A stretch of DNA of 57,879 nucleotides from Aulosira sp. ZfuVER01. Lineage in GTDB: Bacteria; Cyanobacteriota; Cyanobacteriia; Cyanobacteriales; Nostocaceae. Under the pieces are notes generated by a model that saw only the letters and a program-made list of their open reading frames with translations, made no database searches and had not been told where the DNA came from. The stretch spans positions 1 to 57,879 of the forward strand of contig JAVRCV020000060.1 of NCBI GenBank assembly GCA_034530615.2. Reading direction: 5' to 3'. Below, one piece after another: positions 18,354 through 27,398 of the stretch. The stretch's first letter is position 1. Each line of letters begins with the position of its first letter. The translations under genes and the position numbers were made by a program.

Positions 18354-20464
18354 ACAAAGTAATTGGCACAGGAGTTGACCGCAAGGATGGACGGGCAAAG
18401 GTCACGGGTACTGCAACCTACGCCGCCGAACATCAAATTCCGAATTTGGTTCATGGCTATCTCGTCACCGCCGCTATTGCCAACGGACAAATTAAAAGTA
18501 TCGATACCAGTGCAGCCGAAAAAGCACCAGGGGTAATTTCTGTTTTCACCCACAAAAACCCACCCAAGATATTTAAACCTGCCAACGATTTTATGACCTC
18601 GAAAATTTACGAGGCGCGTTTACCGTTGTCAGATGACAAAGTCCACTACGGCGGGCAAATTATTGGTTTAGTAGTAGCAGATACCTTCGAGCGAGCAAGG
18701 GATGCAGCCCATTTAGTGAAGGTGGAGTACGCCACTCAAAAGCCTGTGGTCGAAGCCAAAAAAGCCGACTTTAAAGCAGCACCACCTTTGTTTGGTGAGG
18801 AACTAAAGTTTGAAAAAGGCAATTTAACAGCAGGTAACTCAGCCGCAGAGGTGAAAATTGTCGGGACTTACAAAACTGCTACCGAACTGCACGCCCCAAT
18901 GGAACCCCATGCCATTATTGCCCATTGGCAAGATGACAACTCCTTGACAATCTACGAACCATCGCAATGGGTGATGGGTTCGCAGCGCACCTATGCACAA
19001 CTTTTCGGATTGCCAACGGAACGAGTGCGAATTGTTACGCCTTTTCTCGGTGGAGCTTTTGGTTCTAAAGCCTTCCCCTGGCCGCATGGGATTCTAGCGG
19101 CGGCGGCGGCGCGACAAATCAAGCGTCCTTTGAAAGTTGTTCTCAGCCGTCGGCAAATGACAGCCAATGCCGGACATCGCTCGGAAACTGAGCAATTAAT
19201 TCGCTTGGGAGCGACTGCCGATGGTAAGTTAACTGTCATTGAGCATGAAGCAAAATCTGCTACCTCACCCGTAGAAGTCTTTCCTGAAGCTTGCACAGGT
19301 ATTACGCCAGCGATGTATACTGCACCGAATCTGCTGCTCAAGCAAGAAATCGCCACCATGAATGTAGGCACGCCGACATTCATGCGTGCGCCTGGTGAGA
19401 ATCCGGGGATGTGGGCAATGGAGTCTGCAATGGATGAATTGGCTTGGGCGCTGAAGATAGATCCGGTGGAACTACGGATAAAAAATGAAGCTAAAGAACA
19501 CCAAAAGAAGGGTTTACCATTTTCAGCCAAGCATTTTGCTGATTGTTTGCGAGTGGGTGCAGAGCAATTTGGCTGGAAAGACAGACCAAAACAAGTGCGA
19601 TCGCTCACTCATGACGGTAAACTCATTGGTTGGGGAGTAGCAGCAGCCACGTTCCCAGGTATGAGAGGTAAAGCATCAGTGAAAGCCAGGTTGCTACCAG
19701 ACGGTACAGCCCACATCCTGACTTCTGGCAATGATATGGGTACTGGTGCTTATACTGTTGTTGCAGCCACAGCCGCAGAGATTTTGGGTTTACCCGTCGA
19801 AAAGGTACGGGTGGAAATGGGCGATTCCTTATTACCAGATGGTGGTTTGGCAGGTGGTTCGCAAATGACAGCATCTCTTTTGCCGGCAGTGATGTCAGCT
19901 TGTCAGGAAGTTCTGAAAACTGCTAATGCTAAAACTGCAAAAGAGGCTTTGACAAAATTAACTCAATCAGGAAGATCCGCTTTTGAAGCCACAGCTTCTT
20001 CCTCCCCTGGTGCAGAGGGCAAGAAATGGGCGTTTCAATCTTGGGGCGCACATTTCTGTGAAGTCAATATTGATGAAGAAATCGGTCGCCTCCAGGTAAC
20101 GCGCTGGGTATCGGTGATGGATATTGGCAAAGTCATCAATGCCAAAACAGCAGCTAGCCAAGTACGTGGCGGCGTCATCATGGGTATTGGGCAAGCTTTA
20201 ATGGAAGAGTGTCATTTTGACCCTAACATCGGCTACCCCGTAGTCTACGATTTAGCTACCTACCACTTTCCCGCCCATGCAGACATTCCCCGCATTCAAG
20301 TAGCTTTTGTTGGCGAACCCGATCTCAACTTCAACCCAGCAGGTGCAAGAGGTGTGGGTGAAATTGGTATTACAGGTGTGTCAGCTGCGATCGCCAATGC
20401 AGTTTATCATGCCACAGGTAAACGCATCCGTGAGTTACCGATTACACCTGATAAATTATTGTAA
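18350..20464 (+). CDS. paoC: Molybdopterin-binding subunit (PaoC/YagR-like)
   Basis: GGAFGSK, FMRAPG, DMGTG and GVGE motifs. ATGA overlap with the upstream gene. Confidence 0.9.
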   Translation: MNKVIGTGVDRKDGRAKVTGTATYAAEHQIPNLVHGYLVTAAIANGQIKSIDTSAAEKAPGVISVFTHKNPPKIFKPANDFMTSKIYEARLPLSDDKVHYGGQIIGLVVADTFERARDAAHLVKVEYATQKPVVEAKKADFKAAPPLFGEELKFEKGNLTAGNSAAEVKIVGTYKTATELHAPMEPHAIIAHWQDDNSLTIYEPSQWVMGSQRTYAQLFGLPTERVRIVTPFLGGAFGSKAFPWPHGILAAAAARQIKRPLKVVLSRRQMTANAGHRSETEQLIRLGATADGKLTVIEHEAKSATSPVEVFPEACTGITPAMYTAPNLLLKQEIATMNVGTPTFMRAPGENPGMWAMESAMDELAWALKIDPVELRIKNEAKEHQKKGLPFSAKHFADCLRVGAEQFGWKDRPKQVRSLTHDGKLIGWGVAAATFPGMRGKASVKARLLPDGTAHILTSGNDMGTGAYTVVAATAAEILGLPVEKVRVEMGDSLLPDGGLAGGSQMTASLLPAVMSACQEVLKTANAKTAKEALTKLTQSGRSAFEATASSSPGAEGKKWAFQSWGAHFCEVNIDEEIGRLQVTRWVSVMDIGKVINAKTAASQVRGGVIMGIGQALMEECHFDPNIGYPVVYDLATYHFPAHADIPRIQVAFVGEPDLNFNPAGARGVGEIGITGVSAAIANAVYHATGKRIRELPITPDKLL

Positions 20465-20562
20465 TTTTCTTGGTTATGCGATCGCATCTATAAATTGTCA
20501 CTCCTTACTCGGTGTGATCGCTCTCTGAGTTGGGCTGGATCAGCCATAATCAAGAGAGGTCA

Positions 20563-20596
20563 TAGATCCCCGACTTTTTGAAAAAGTCGGGGATCT
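20563..20596. repeat. REP-like palindrome AGATCCCCGACTTTT…AAAAGTCGGGGATCT
   Basis: Perfect inverted repeat in the intergenic region. A half copy occurs near 9328. Confidence 0.7.
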
Positions 20597-20680
20597 GAAA
20601 AATCATTACGGGATGTCGGAGAAATAGAATAATTAGGTATTCAGATAATTTATTAGTGGAACTGGTATGAGCATTTAGTA

Positions 20681-21844
20681 ATGAAAGAAATTAACTCTAT
20701 TTTGCAAGCATTTGCAGAAATTCAGCATGATGCTGAATCAAGCTTTCTGGCGACTGTAGTTAATGTTAAAGGCTCTACCTATCGTCGCCCAGGTGCGCGG
20801 ATGTTGATGACGCCAACAGGTTCCATCATTGGCACGATTAGCGCTGGATGCTTAGAAAATGATGTGTTTCAACATACTCGTGTTTCCATGCCAGATGGGC
20901 AACCAATTGTGGTAACTTACGACACCACTGCTGATGAAGACATTGTTTGGGGGTTTGGGCTTGGTTGTAATGGATTAGTGCAAGTTCTGATTGAACAGTT
21001 AGATAAAGATGATCTCCTGAATCCCTTGGTTTTTATTCAAGAATGTTTTGATAAACAGCAACAAGGTGCGATCGCCACTGTGTTTGCTGTAGAAGGTGCA
21101 ATTAATATCAAAGTTGGCGAACGTTTAATACTCAAGCCAGACAATAATGTAATTACTAATATTCAAGAATCTGCTTTAAAATCTGCTCTCATCAAAGATG
21201 TGCAAATTGCCCTGCAAAATCAAAAATCAAGCATTAACAAATATCAATTAGCTTTAGATAGTGTTGATGTATTTATAGAAGTTATCCAACCACCCACACA
21301 CCTGATAATTTTTGGTGCAGGTCAAGATGCTTTACCTACAGTCCAGTTTGCTAAAGCTTTAGGTTGGCAAGTGACTATTGTGGATTGTCGAGCTAATGAA
21401 GCAACTAAAGAACGTTTTAGCATAGCTGATGAGGTAATTCTGAGCCGTCGAGAAATTCTACAAAAACAAATATCTGTGAATGAGCAAACTATTGCTGTAG
21501 TCATGACTCATAATTATCTCGATGATTTAGAAATTTTGAAAATGCTAATCCCATCTTCTGCAAAGTACTTAGGTATTTTGGGGCCAAAACGGCGCACCGA
21601 AAAATTACTTCAAGATTTACATACACAAGAATTAGAAAACACACCAGAACAACTAAAAAAACTGTATAGTCCAGTTGGTATGGACATTGGGGCAGATACA
21701 CCAGAAGCGATCGCCTTATCGATCATCGCTGAAATTCAAGCTGTGTTAGCAAACCGTTGTGGTGGCTTTTTAAAAGACCGCAGCTTACCAATTCATCAGC
21801 GAAATGAAATTAAAGAAGTATTCATCGAACCGTTGCGCTTGTAG
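20681..21844 (+). CDS. xdhC: XdhC/CoxI-family molybdenum-cofactor insertion chaperone
   Basis: GSTYRRPGA, GCLE, GLGCNG, VMTHN and PVGMDIGA motifs. Follows the paoABC-like operon. Confidence 0.92.
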   Translation: MKEINSILQAFAEIQHDAESSFLATVVNVKGSTYRRPGARMLMTPTGSIIGTISAGCLENDVFQHTRVSMPDGQPIVVTYDTTADEDIVWGFGLGCNGLVQVLIEQLDKDDLLNPLVFIQECFDKQQQGAIATVFAVEGAINIKVGERLILKPDNNVITNIQESALKSALIKDVQIALQNQKSSINKYQLALDSVDVFIEVIQPPTHLIIFGAGQDALPTVQFAKALGWQVTIVDCRANEATKERFSIADEVILSRREILQKQISVNEQTIAVVMTHNYLDDLEILKMLIPSSAKYLGILGPKRRTEKLLQDLHTQELENTPEQLKKLYSPVGMDIGADTPEAIALSIIAEIQAVLANRCGGFLKDRSLPIHQRNEIKEVFIEPLRL

Positions 21845-21951
21845 TAAAGGTTTCAAGTAGCTTTAAAGGTGTAATTGATTGTCGGTGCCGTACCCTCAGG
21901 AATAACACACCCTACTTTTCAAGGGGTTAAGGAGAATCAATCAGTGCCTAA

Positions 21952-22097
21952 TACCAATTTAATGTGAAGTTGCACATATCTAGATCCCCCTAAATCCCCC
22001 TTAAAAAGGGGGACTTTGATAAATTTTTTCCGGTTCCCCCCTTATGAAGGGGGGCTAGGGGGGATCGAATTCTATGCAGCCTCATAAAAAATTGGTA
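21952..22097. mobile_element. MITE (TACCAATT TIR, TAA target duplication) with GC-run palindromic cargo
   Basis: TIRs taccaattt/aaattggta, with TAA at 21949-51 and 22098-100. Confidence 0.75.
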
Positions 22098-22249
22098 TAA
22101 AATCAATAGCCAATAACTTTTAAAAAAACTCGAAGGCACAAAATTGTTCCCTACTTTCTGTCACATTGTTTTTTCAGATAGAGATAAAATTAAGATAGTT
22201 AAAAGATTTTATTGTTTGAGTATGCCTAAAGTTTAAGCAAAGTGAGTTA

Positions 22250-22343
22250 TACCAATTCAAAATTCAAAATTCAAAATTAAGAAAGTGAGACTCAGCATAG
22301 GTTTTAGAGTTTGAATCTGTATCAGATTTTTCGTAAATTGGTA
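22250..22343. mobile_element. 94-bp MITE (TACCAATT TIR, TTA target duplication)
   Basis: TTA at 22247-49 and 22344-46. A homologous inverted copy of the same length lies at 26875-26968. Confidence 0.8.
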
Positions 22344-22349
22344 TTAGTT

Positions 22350-23375
22350 ATGAACCAAGAAGAATTGAACTATAATTTTGAAAAAATTCGGCAGCAGATA
22401 GAGGCATTAGAAAAATACATAAAAGAGTCACCAATACAGCAGCCAGAGGGAGTCGCAGCATTGGAAGCGCTGACCGCTTCTATCAAAAACTTGGAATTAT
22501 TCAAAGAAGAAATGCAGGCTGATTTACAAGTATTTAAAGTTCTTGAACAAGAACTGCTGCAACAATATGAGATGATAATAGCAGAACGTCATGTTTATCA
22601 CGATCTGTTCAAATTTGCACCTAATGCTTATTTTGTAACAAATGCTGAAGGAATAATTCTCGAACTAAACTATACTGCTGCGGCTTTATTGAATGTATTG
22701 CCTAGTTTGCTAATTGGTAAATCATTAATCAATTTTGTATCTCAAAACGATCGTTCATTATTCCTGACCAAACTGAAGGAATCGCTTGATGCCAAGTCGG
22801 TGCAAGAATGGGAAGTCATTATCTGTCCTCATGGCGGTCAAGCTTTTGATGCTTTACTGTTGGTGAAGCCTGGCCGAGAAACTTCTGGAGCTTTGGGTGC
22901 GTTACAGATCAGTCTGCATGATATTACCAAGTACAAGCAATTAGCAGTTCCTCAGCAGATGCCAAGCTTGATAGCACCTGTTGCAAGACCTAACGGATTG
23001 GATGGCTTACGGGTACTGTTTGTAGATGATGAAGCCGATACCCGCGAGTTGATTGCAGCAGTGCTAATGCAACATGGGGTGGAAGTTACAACAGTGGCAA
23101 CAGTAAGAGAGGCTTTGCAAGAATTAGAGCGATCGCGTCCCGATGTCATAATTAGTGATATCAGAATGCCCGATGAAGATGGCTATGATTTAATTCGCAA
23201 AATTAAAACACTAGAAGCCGAGAAAGGATGGCAAATTCCGACTGCTGCCTTGACCGCTTATCTTACAGAAGACAGAGCCAAGGTACTAAGTGCAGGTTTT
23301 CAATCGCATTTACATAAACTGGCACAGCCAACGGAGTTGATTGCCATGATTGCGCAGCTGGCTGGGAGAGAGTGA
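22350..23375 (+). CDS. Coiled-coil + PAS + receiver-domain protein
   Basis: PAS (LFKFAPNAYFVTN…HDIT) and REC (LFVDDE, IISDIRMP, AGFQSHLHK). The ATG start is 22350; the upstream TTG lies inside a MITE. Confidence 0.85.
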   Translation: MNQEELNYNFEKIRQQIEALEKYIKESPIQQPEGVAALEALTASIKNLELFKEEMQADLQVFKVLEQELLQQYEMIIAERHVYHDLFKFAPNAYFVTNAEGIILELNYTAAALLNVLPSLLIGKSLINFVSQNDRSLFLTKLKESLDAKSVQEWEVIICPHGGQAFDALLLVKPGRETSGALGALQISLHDITKYKQLAVPQQMPSLIAPVARPNGLDGLRVLFVDDEADTRELIAAVLMQHGVEVTTVATVREALQELERSRPDVIISDIRMPDEDGYDLIRKIKTLEAEKGWQIPTAALTAYLTEDRAKVLSAGFQSHLHKLAQPTELIAMIAQLAGRE

Positions 23376-23492
23376 AAGAGAGCAAGGGAAGCAGGGGAGC
23401 AGAGGGAGACAAGGATTTGAGTTTTGGAAAAAGCGGAACTTTATATCAATTAAGTAAAAGTCTAGAATTTTCTTAGCTGAAGATTTACGGAC

Positions 23493-26480
23493 TTGAGTAA
23501 ATATCTTTTCCCAGGAAACATGGACAGCTTAACCGAAGGCAAGAAAGCTGCTTCCGCTTTAGATGTGTTTGCAGGCGGTGGCGAAATGGGCGAGTTGATG
23601 CGATCGCATGACTGGTCAAACACGCCCTTAGGCCCGGTCGAGAACTGGTCGCCAACCCTACGTACCCTGGTCAGTACCATCCTTGCGTCTCGCTTTCCTC
23701 AATGCATTTTCTGGGGAGATGACTACATTCAAATCTACAACAATGCCATGATGGTCATCTATGGAGCGTATCATCCCCACGCTCTAGGGCAACCGCTACG
23801 CGAAACGTGGCCAGAAGTTTGGGATAACCAACTCAAGCCGATGTGTCAGGGCATTAGGGATACGGGTGAAGCCGTCTTTGCGGAAGATCTGCTGTTTCAG
23901 GTCTTCCGCTTTGGCGACTTGGAAGAAACCTATTTTACTGTGTGCTACAGCCCTGTTTGGGATGAGGCGGGCAAACTCAGTGGGATACTTTGTATTACAA
24001 CTGAAACCACCCAGCAAGTGATTGGTCAACGGCGCTTGACGATGCTGCGAGAATTAGCGACGGCTAGTAGTGGGGCAAAAACGCTACAGTCCGCCTGTCT
24101 TGCTGCCGCTGATACGCTCAACCCCTACGATATCCCCTTCGCCTTGTTCTATCAGGTCAATTCCCAAGGCGACAAAGCAGAGCTGGTGGCTTCAAGTGGA
24201 CTAAGTGCAGACAGTGCCGCTGCACCCCCAACGATCTCGCTGTCCTCGAATGATTCAGAATGGCTGCTGGCTGAAGTGTTCCGGAGCCGTGAACCTCAAC
24301 TGATGACCGATGTGGGCGATCGCTTCGGCGTGCTATCAGTCGAACCGTGGCCCGAAAGTCCCCATTCTGCATTGATTCTCCCAATCCTATCGAGCAACAA
24401 AGAAATTGTGGAATGTCTACTGGTTGCAGGAATCAATCCCCGCCTCCCGTTCAATTCGGAATATCGCTCATTTCTAGAACTGGTTGCCCAGCAGATTGAA
24501 AGTTCCATTGCCACGGCTCAAAGCTATGAGCAAGAGCGTAAACGGGCAGAAGCATTGGCAGAATTAGACCGTGCCAAAACAGCTTTCTTCAACAACATTA
24601 GCCATGAATTTCGCACGCCGCTAATGTTGATACTCAATCCACTTGAGCAAGTAATCGCCCAAACACAGGGTTCACTCCAACCGGAACAGCGCGAACAATT
24701 GGCAATTGTGCAGCGAAACGCCATGAGATTGCAAAAACTAGTTAATACTCTACTTGACTTTTCCCGAATTGAAGCAGGTAGGATACAGGCAGTTTATGAA
24801 CCAACCGATTTAGCTGCATTTACGGCCGAGTTAGTATCCGTTTTCCGTTCCGCAATAGAAACAGCAGGGCTGCAATTAATTGTGGATTGTTCACTTCGGA
24901 GCGAACTTGTGTATGTAGACCGCCAAATGTGGGAGAAAATAGTGCTTAACTTAATCTCCAATGCCTTTAAATTCACCTTTACTGGAGAAATTGCCGTTTC
25001 ATTACATTCCATTGCTGGCACAGTAGAGCTAAAAGTACGGGATACAGGCACAGGCATTAAGAGCGAAGAGTTACCACGAATTTTTGAACGCTTTCACCGG
25101 ATACGCGGGGTGCAAGCCAGGAGTCATGAAGGATCGGGAATTGGTTTAGCTTTGGTGCAAGAACTCGTTCACTTACATGGCGGCACTATAAAGGTGGAGA
25201 GTGTCTTTGGTAAGGGAACGACATTTACAGTCACCCTACCCACAGGCTCATCGCACTTGCCATCTGAGCAAATTAGTACCGAACGGATAATGTCATTAAC
25301 ATTACTTGGTGCTACTTCCTACATTCAAGAAGCACAGCAATGGCAAAAACACGAAAATTTGTGGCATTGGAGCCGCCACGAAGTGGCGGCTCCAATAAGC
25401 CCTCACGAGTTCTCGGCAGGGCTGATTTTGTTAGTAGATGATAATGCGGATATGCGCGGCTATCTTAAGCGTCTACTACAGCAACATTGGCAGGTACAAG
25501 CTGTTGCTAATGGAGCAGATGCACTTCAGGCGATCGCCGAGCAAACACCAGATTTGGTACTCACCGATGTGATGATGCCAGAGATGGACGGTTTTCAATT
25601 GCTGAGTGCATTGCGTGCCGATCCAAAGACAAAAGGCTTACCCATTATTCTGCTGTCGGCTCGTGCAGGGGAAAAAGCAGCAATTGAGGGTTTGCAAGCA
25701 GGAGCAGACGATTACTTAATCAAGCCCTTTTCTGCACAGGAATTGATCGCTCGCGTAGATTCTCACTTACAAATGGCGCGTTTGCGTAACATATTATCTA
25801 CCAATCGCCTCAAGGATGAGTTTTTAGCCACCGTTACCCACGAACTTCACGCACCTTTAGTAGCTATCCTGGGCTGGACTCGCTTACTACGTTCAAATCA
25901 GCTGGATCGGGTTACTGCTTTAGGGGCTTTAAATACCATCGAGCGCAACGCTACCAACCAGGCCAAGCTAATTGAAGATTTACTCGATATTTCAACTATT
26001 CTCTCAGGTAAAGTTCACATAGATCGCCAGCCAGTCAATCTCACCTCTACTGTTGCTGAAGTGATGCAGACAATGTTAAGCGATGCTCAAGTAGAAACGC
26101 GATTAATTGCGCCTCTTCAAGAAGATATTTGCATTTGCGGGGATTTAATTCGTTTGCAGCAAGTCTTCTCAAAATTACTGCATAATGCCATTAAATTTAC
26201 GCCTAAAGGTGGAAGTATTGAAGTGCAGGTTAATGCTGTTGAATCTTGGGCTATTATCCAAATCAGCAACAATGGTATTGGGATGAGTGCAGATTTTCTC
26301 CCCCATGTTTTCGATCGCTTTAGCCAAGAAGAAGTACCCAGCAGACATTCACCTGGGGGTTTGGGGTTAGGGTTGGCGATCGCGCGTCAACTTGTAGAAC
26401 TACACGGCGGTACAATTGAGGCAGCGAGTGAAGGAATTGGGCGAGGCGCAACGTTTACCGTCAAGCTACCGTTAATTTGA
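23493..26480 (+). CDS. Hybrid sensor kinase PAS/GAF-HisKA-HATPase-REC-HisKA-HATPase
   Basis: SHEFRTPL, NAFKFT, DTGTGI and GSGIGL; REC with DVMMP; second H-box THELHAPL. Start may be ATG 23520. Confidence 0.92.
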   Translation: MSKYLFPGNMDSLTEGKKAASALDVFAGGGEMGELMRSHDWSNTPLGPVENWSPTLRTLVSTILASRFPQCIFWGDDYIQIYNNAMMVIYGAYHPHALGQPLRETWPEVWDNQLKPMCQGIRDTGEAVFAEDLLFQVFRFGDLEETYFTVCYSPVWDEAGKLSGILCITTETTQQVIGQRRLTMLRELATASSGAKTLQSACLAAADTLNPYDIPFALFYQVNSQGDKAELVASSGLSADSAAAPPTISLSSNDSEWLLAEVFRSREPQLMTDVGDRFGVLSVEPWPESPHSALILPILSSNKEIVECLLVAGINPRLPFNSEYRSFLELVAQQIESSIATAQSYEQERKRAEALAELDRAKTAFFNNISHEFRTPLMLILNPLEQVIAQTQGSLQPEQREQLAIVQRNAMRLQKLVNTLLDFSRIEAGRIQAVYEPTDLAAFTAELVSVFRSAIETAGLQLIVDCSLRSELVYVDRQMWEKIVLNLISNAFKFTFTGEIAVSLHSIAGTVELKVRDTGTGIKSEELPRIFERFHRIRGVQARSHEGSGIGLALVQELVHLHGGTIKVESVFGKGTTFTVTLPTGSSHLPSEQISTERIMSLTLLGATSYIQEAQQWQKHENLWHWSRHEVAAPISPHEFSAGLILLVDDNADMRGYLKRLLQQHWQVQAVANGADALQAIAEQTPDLVLTDVMMPEMDGFQLLSALRADPKTKGLPIILLSARAGEKAAIEGLQAGADDYLIKPFSAQELIARVDSHLQMARLRNILSTNRLKDEFLATVTHELHAPLVAILGWTRLLRSNQLDRVTALGALNTIERNATNQAKLIEDLLDISTILSGKVHIDRQPVNLTSTVAEVMQTMLSDAQVETRLIAPLQEDICICGDLIRLQQVFSKLLHNAIKFTPKGGSIEVQVNAVESWAIIQISNNGIGMSADFLPHVFDRFSQEEVPSRHSPGGLGLGLAIARQLVELHGGTIEAASEGIGRGATFTVKLPLI

Positions 26481-26607
26481 CAGGGCAATATGGCAAAAGA
26501 TATTTTTCACGATACTGTTAAGTTGGCACTGCAACAAGACGGCCATCGCTTACGCTATAGTATTGCTGATATTTACATTGACCTTGCCGCCGAGGAAGCG
26601 ATCGCTG

Positions 26608-27012
26608 CAATACGGTTCCGATAAGACTCGATCCCCCCAACCCCCCTTAAAAAGGGGGGCAAAAACTTCTTAAAGTCCCCCTTTTTAAGGGGGATTTAGG
26701 GGGATCTCAGCACATTTTGCATCCAGTACAGAGATGTGTGTACACCGTAGCCTTAAAAAGGGGGGCAAAAACTTCTTAAAGTCCCCCTTTTTAAGGGGGA
26801 TTTAGGGGGATCTCAGCACATTTTGCATCCAGTACAGAGATGTGTGTACACCGTAGCTTTTTAAGGGGGACTAATACCATTTCACCAAAAATATGATGCA
26901 GACGCAAACCCTGGAACCTTTGCTGAGTCTCAATTTCTTAATTTTGAATTTTGAATTTTAAATTGGTATAAGGGGGATCTGTAAGATTATGCACCTTAAC
27001 CGAACCGTATTG
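26608..27012. mobile_element. 405-bp composite MITE (TIR CAATACGGTTC) with nested elements
   Basis: TIRs caatacggttccgataag / cttaaccgaaccgtattg. Flanked by the near-duplicated 10-mer GCGATCGCTG/GCGATCGCCG. Contains an internal tandem duplication and a nested 94-bp MITE. Confidence 0.82.
26875..26968. mobile_element. Nested 94-bp MITE, inverted homologue of 22250-22343
   Basis: TAA at 26872-74 and 26969-71. The sequence aligns to the reverse complement of 22250-22343. Confidence 0.8.
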
Positions 27013-27099
27013 GCGATCGCCGCCGAAAAAACAGGACGTAAAATAGCTGTTGAAGTCAAAAGTTTTATCGGCGGTTCAGGTATCTCCGATTAACCAAAA

Positions 27100-27273
27100 T
27101 ACTTGTGTTGTGGCAGAAAGTACTTGCGTTTTGACAGAAAGTACTTGCGTTTTGACAGAAAGTACTTGTGTTGTGACAGAAAGTACTTGTGTTGTGGCAG
27201 AAAGTACTTGTGTTGTGGCAGAAGGTACTTGTGTTGTGACAGAAAGTACTTGTGTTGTGGCAGAAAGTACTTG
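27100..27273. repeat. 21-bp tandem repeat, 8 units plus a partial (TACTTGTGTTGTGGCAGAAAG)
   Basis: Units start at 27100, 27121, … 27247. There are no spacers. Confidence 0.92.
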
Positions 27274-27398
27274 GCTTGTTAACCAACAAACCTATATTTT
27301 GTTAGATACCCCCCAGCGAGAAGCAAGCTACATAATTAGTGTGTAAGATTGCAATTAAGAGCTATTTTGCTGGTGAACTGCTGGAGCTAAAGCGTCCT

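Larger units (their letters stand above)
26490..27093 (+). pseudogene. xisH: xisH-family pseudogene split by a MITE and truncated
   Basis: 5' part MAKDIFHDTVKLALQQDG…IYIDLAAEEAIA (26490-26607). Continuation AIAAEKTGRKIAVEVKSFIGGSGISD* after 27012. Matches the XisH pattern IDLAAE…AAE…KIAVEVKSF. Confidence 0.8.

Noticed and set aside
22311..22349. TTG start at 22311 for the PAS-REC gene
   Set aside because: It lies within a MITE. ATG 22350 is more plausible.
27100..27273. CRISPR array
   Set aside because: The 21-bp units are contiguous with no unique spacers, and there are no cas genes in the window.
27050..27346. ORFs 27050-27346(+) and 27065-27289(-) as real genes
   Set aside because: They are open only because the repeat unit is stop-free. 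Both have TTG starts, and they overlap the xisH remnant.
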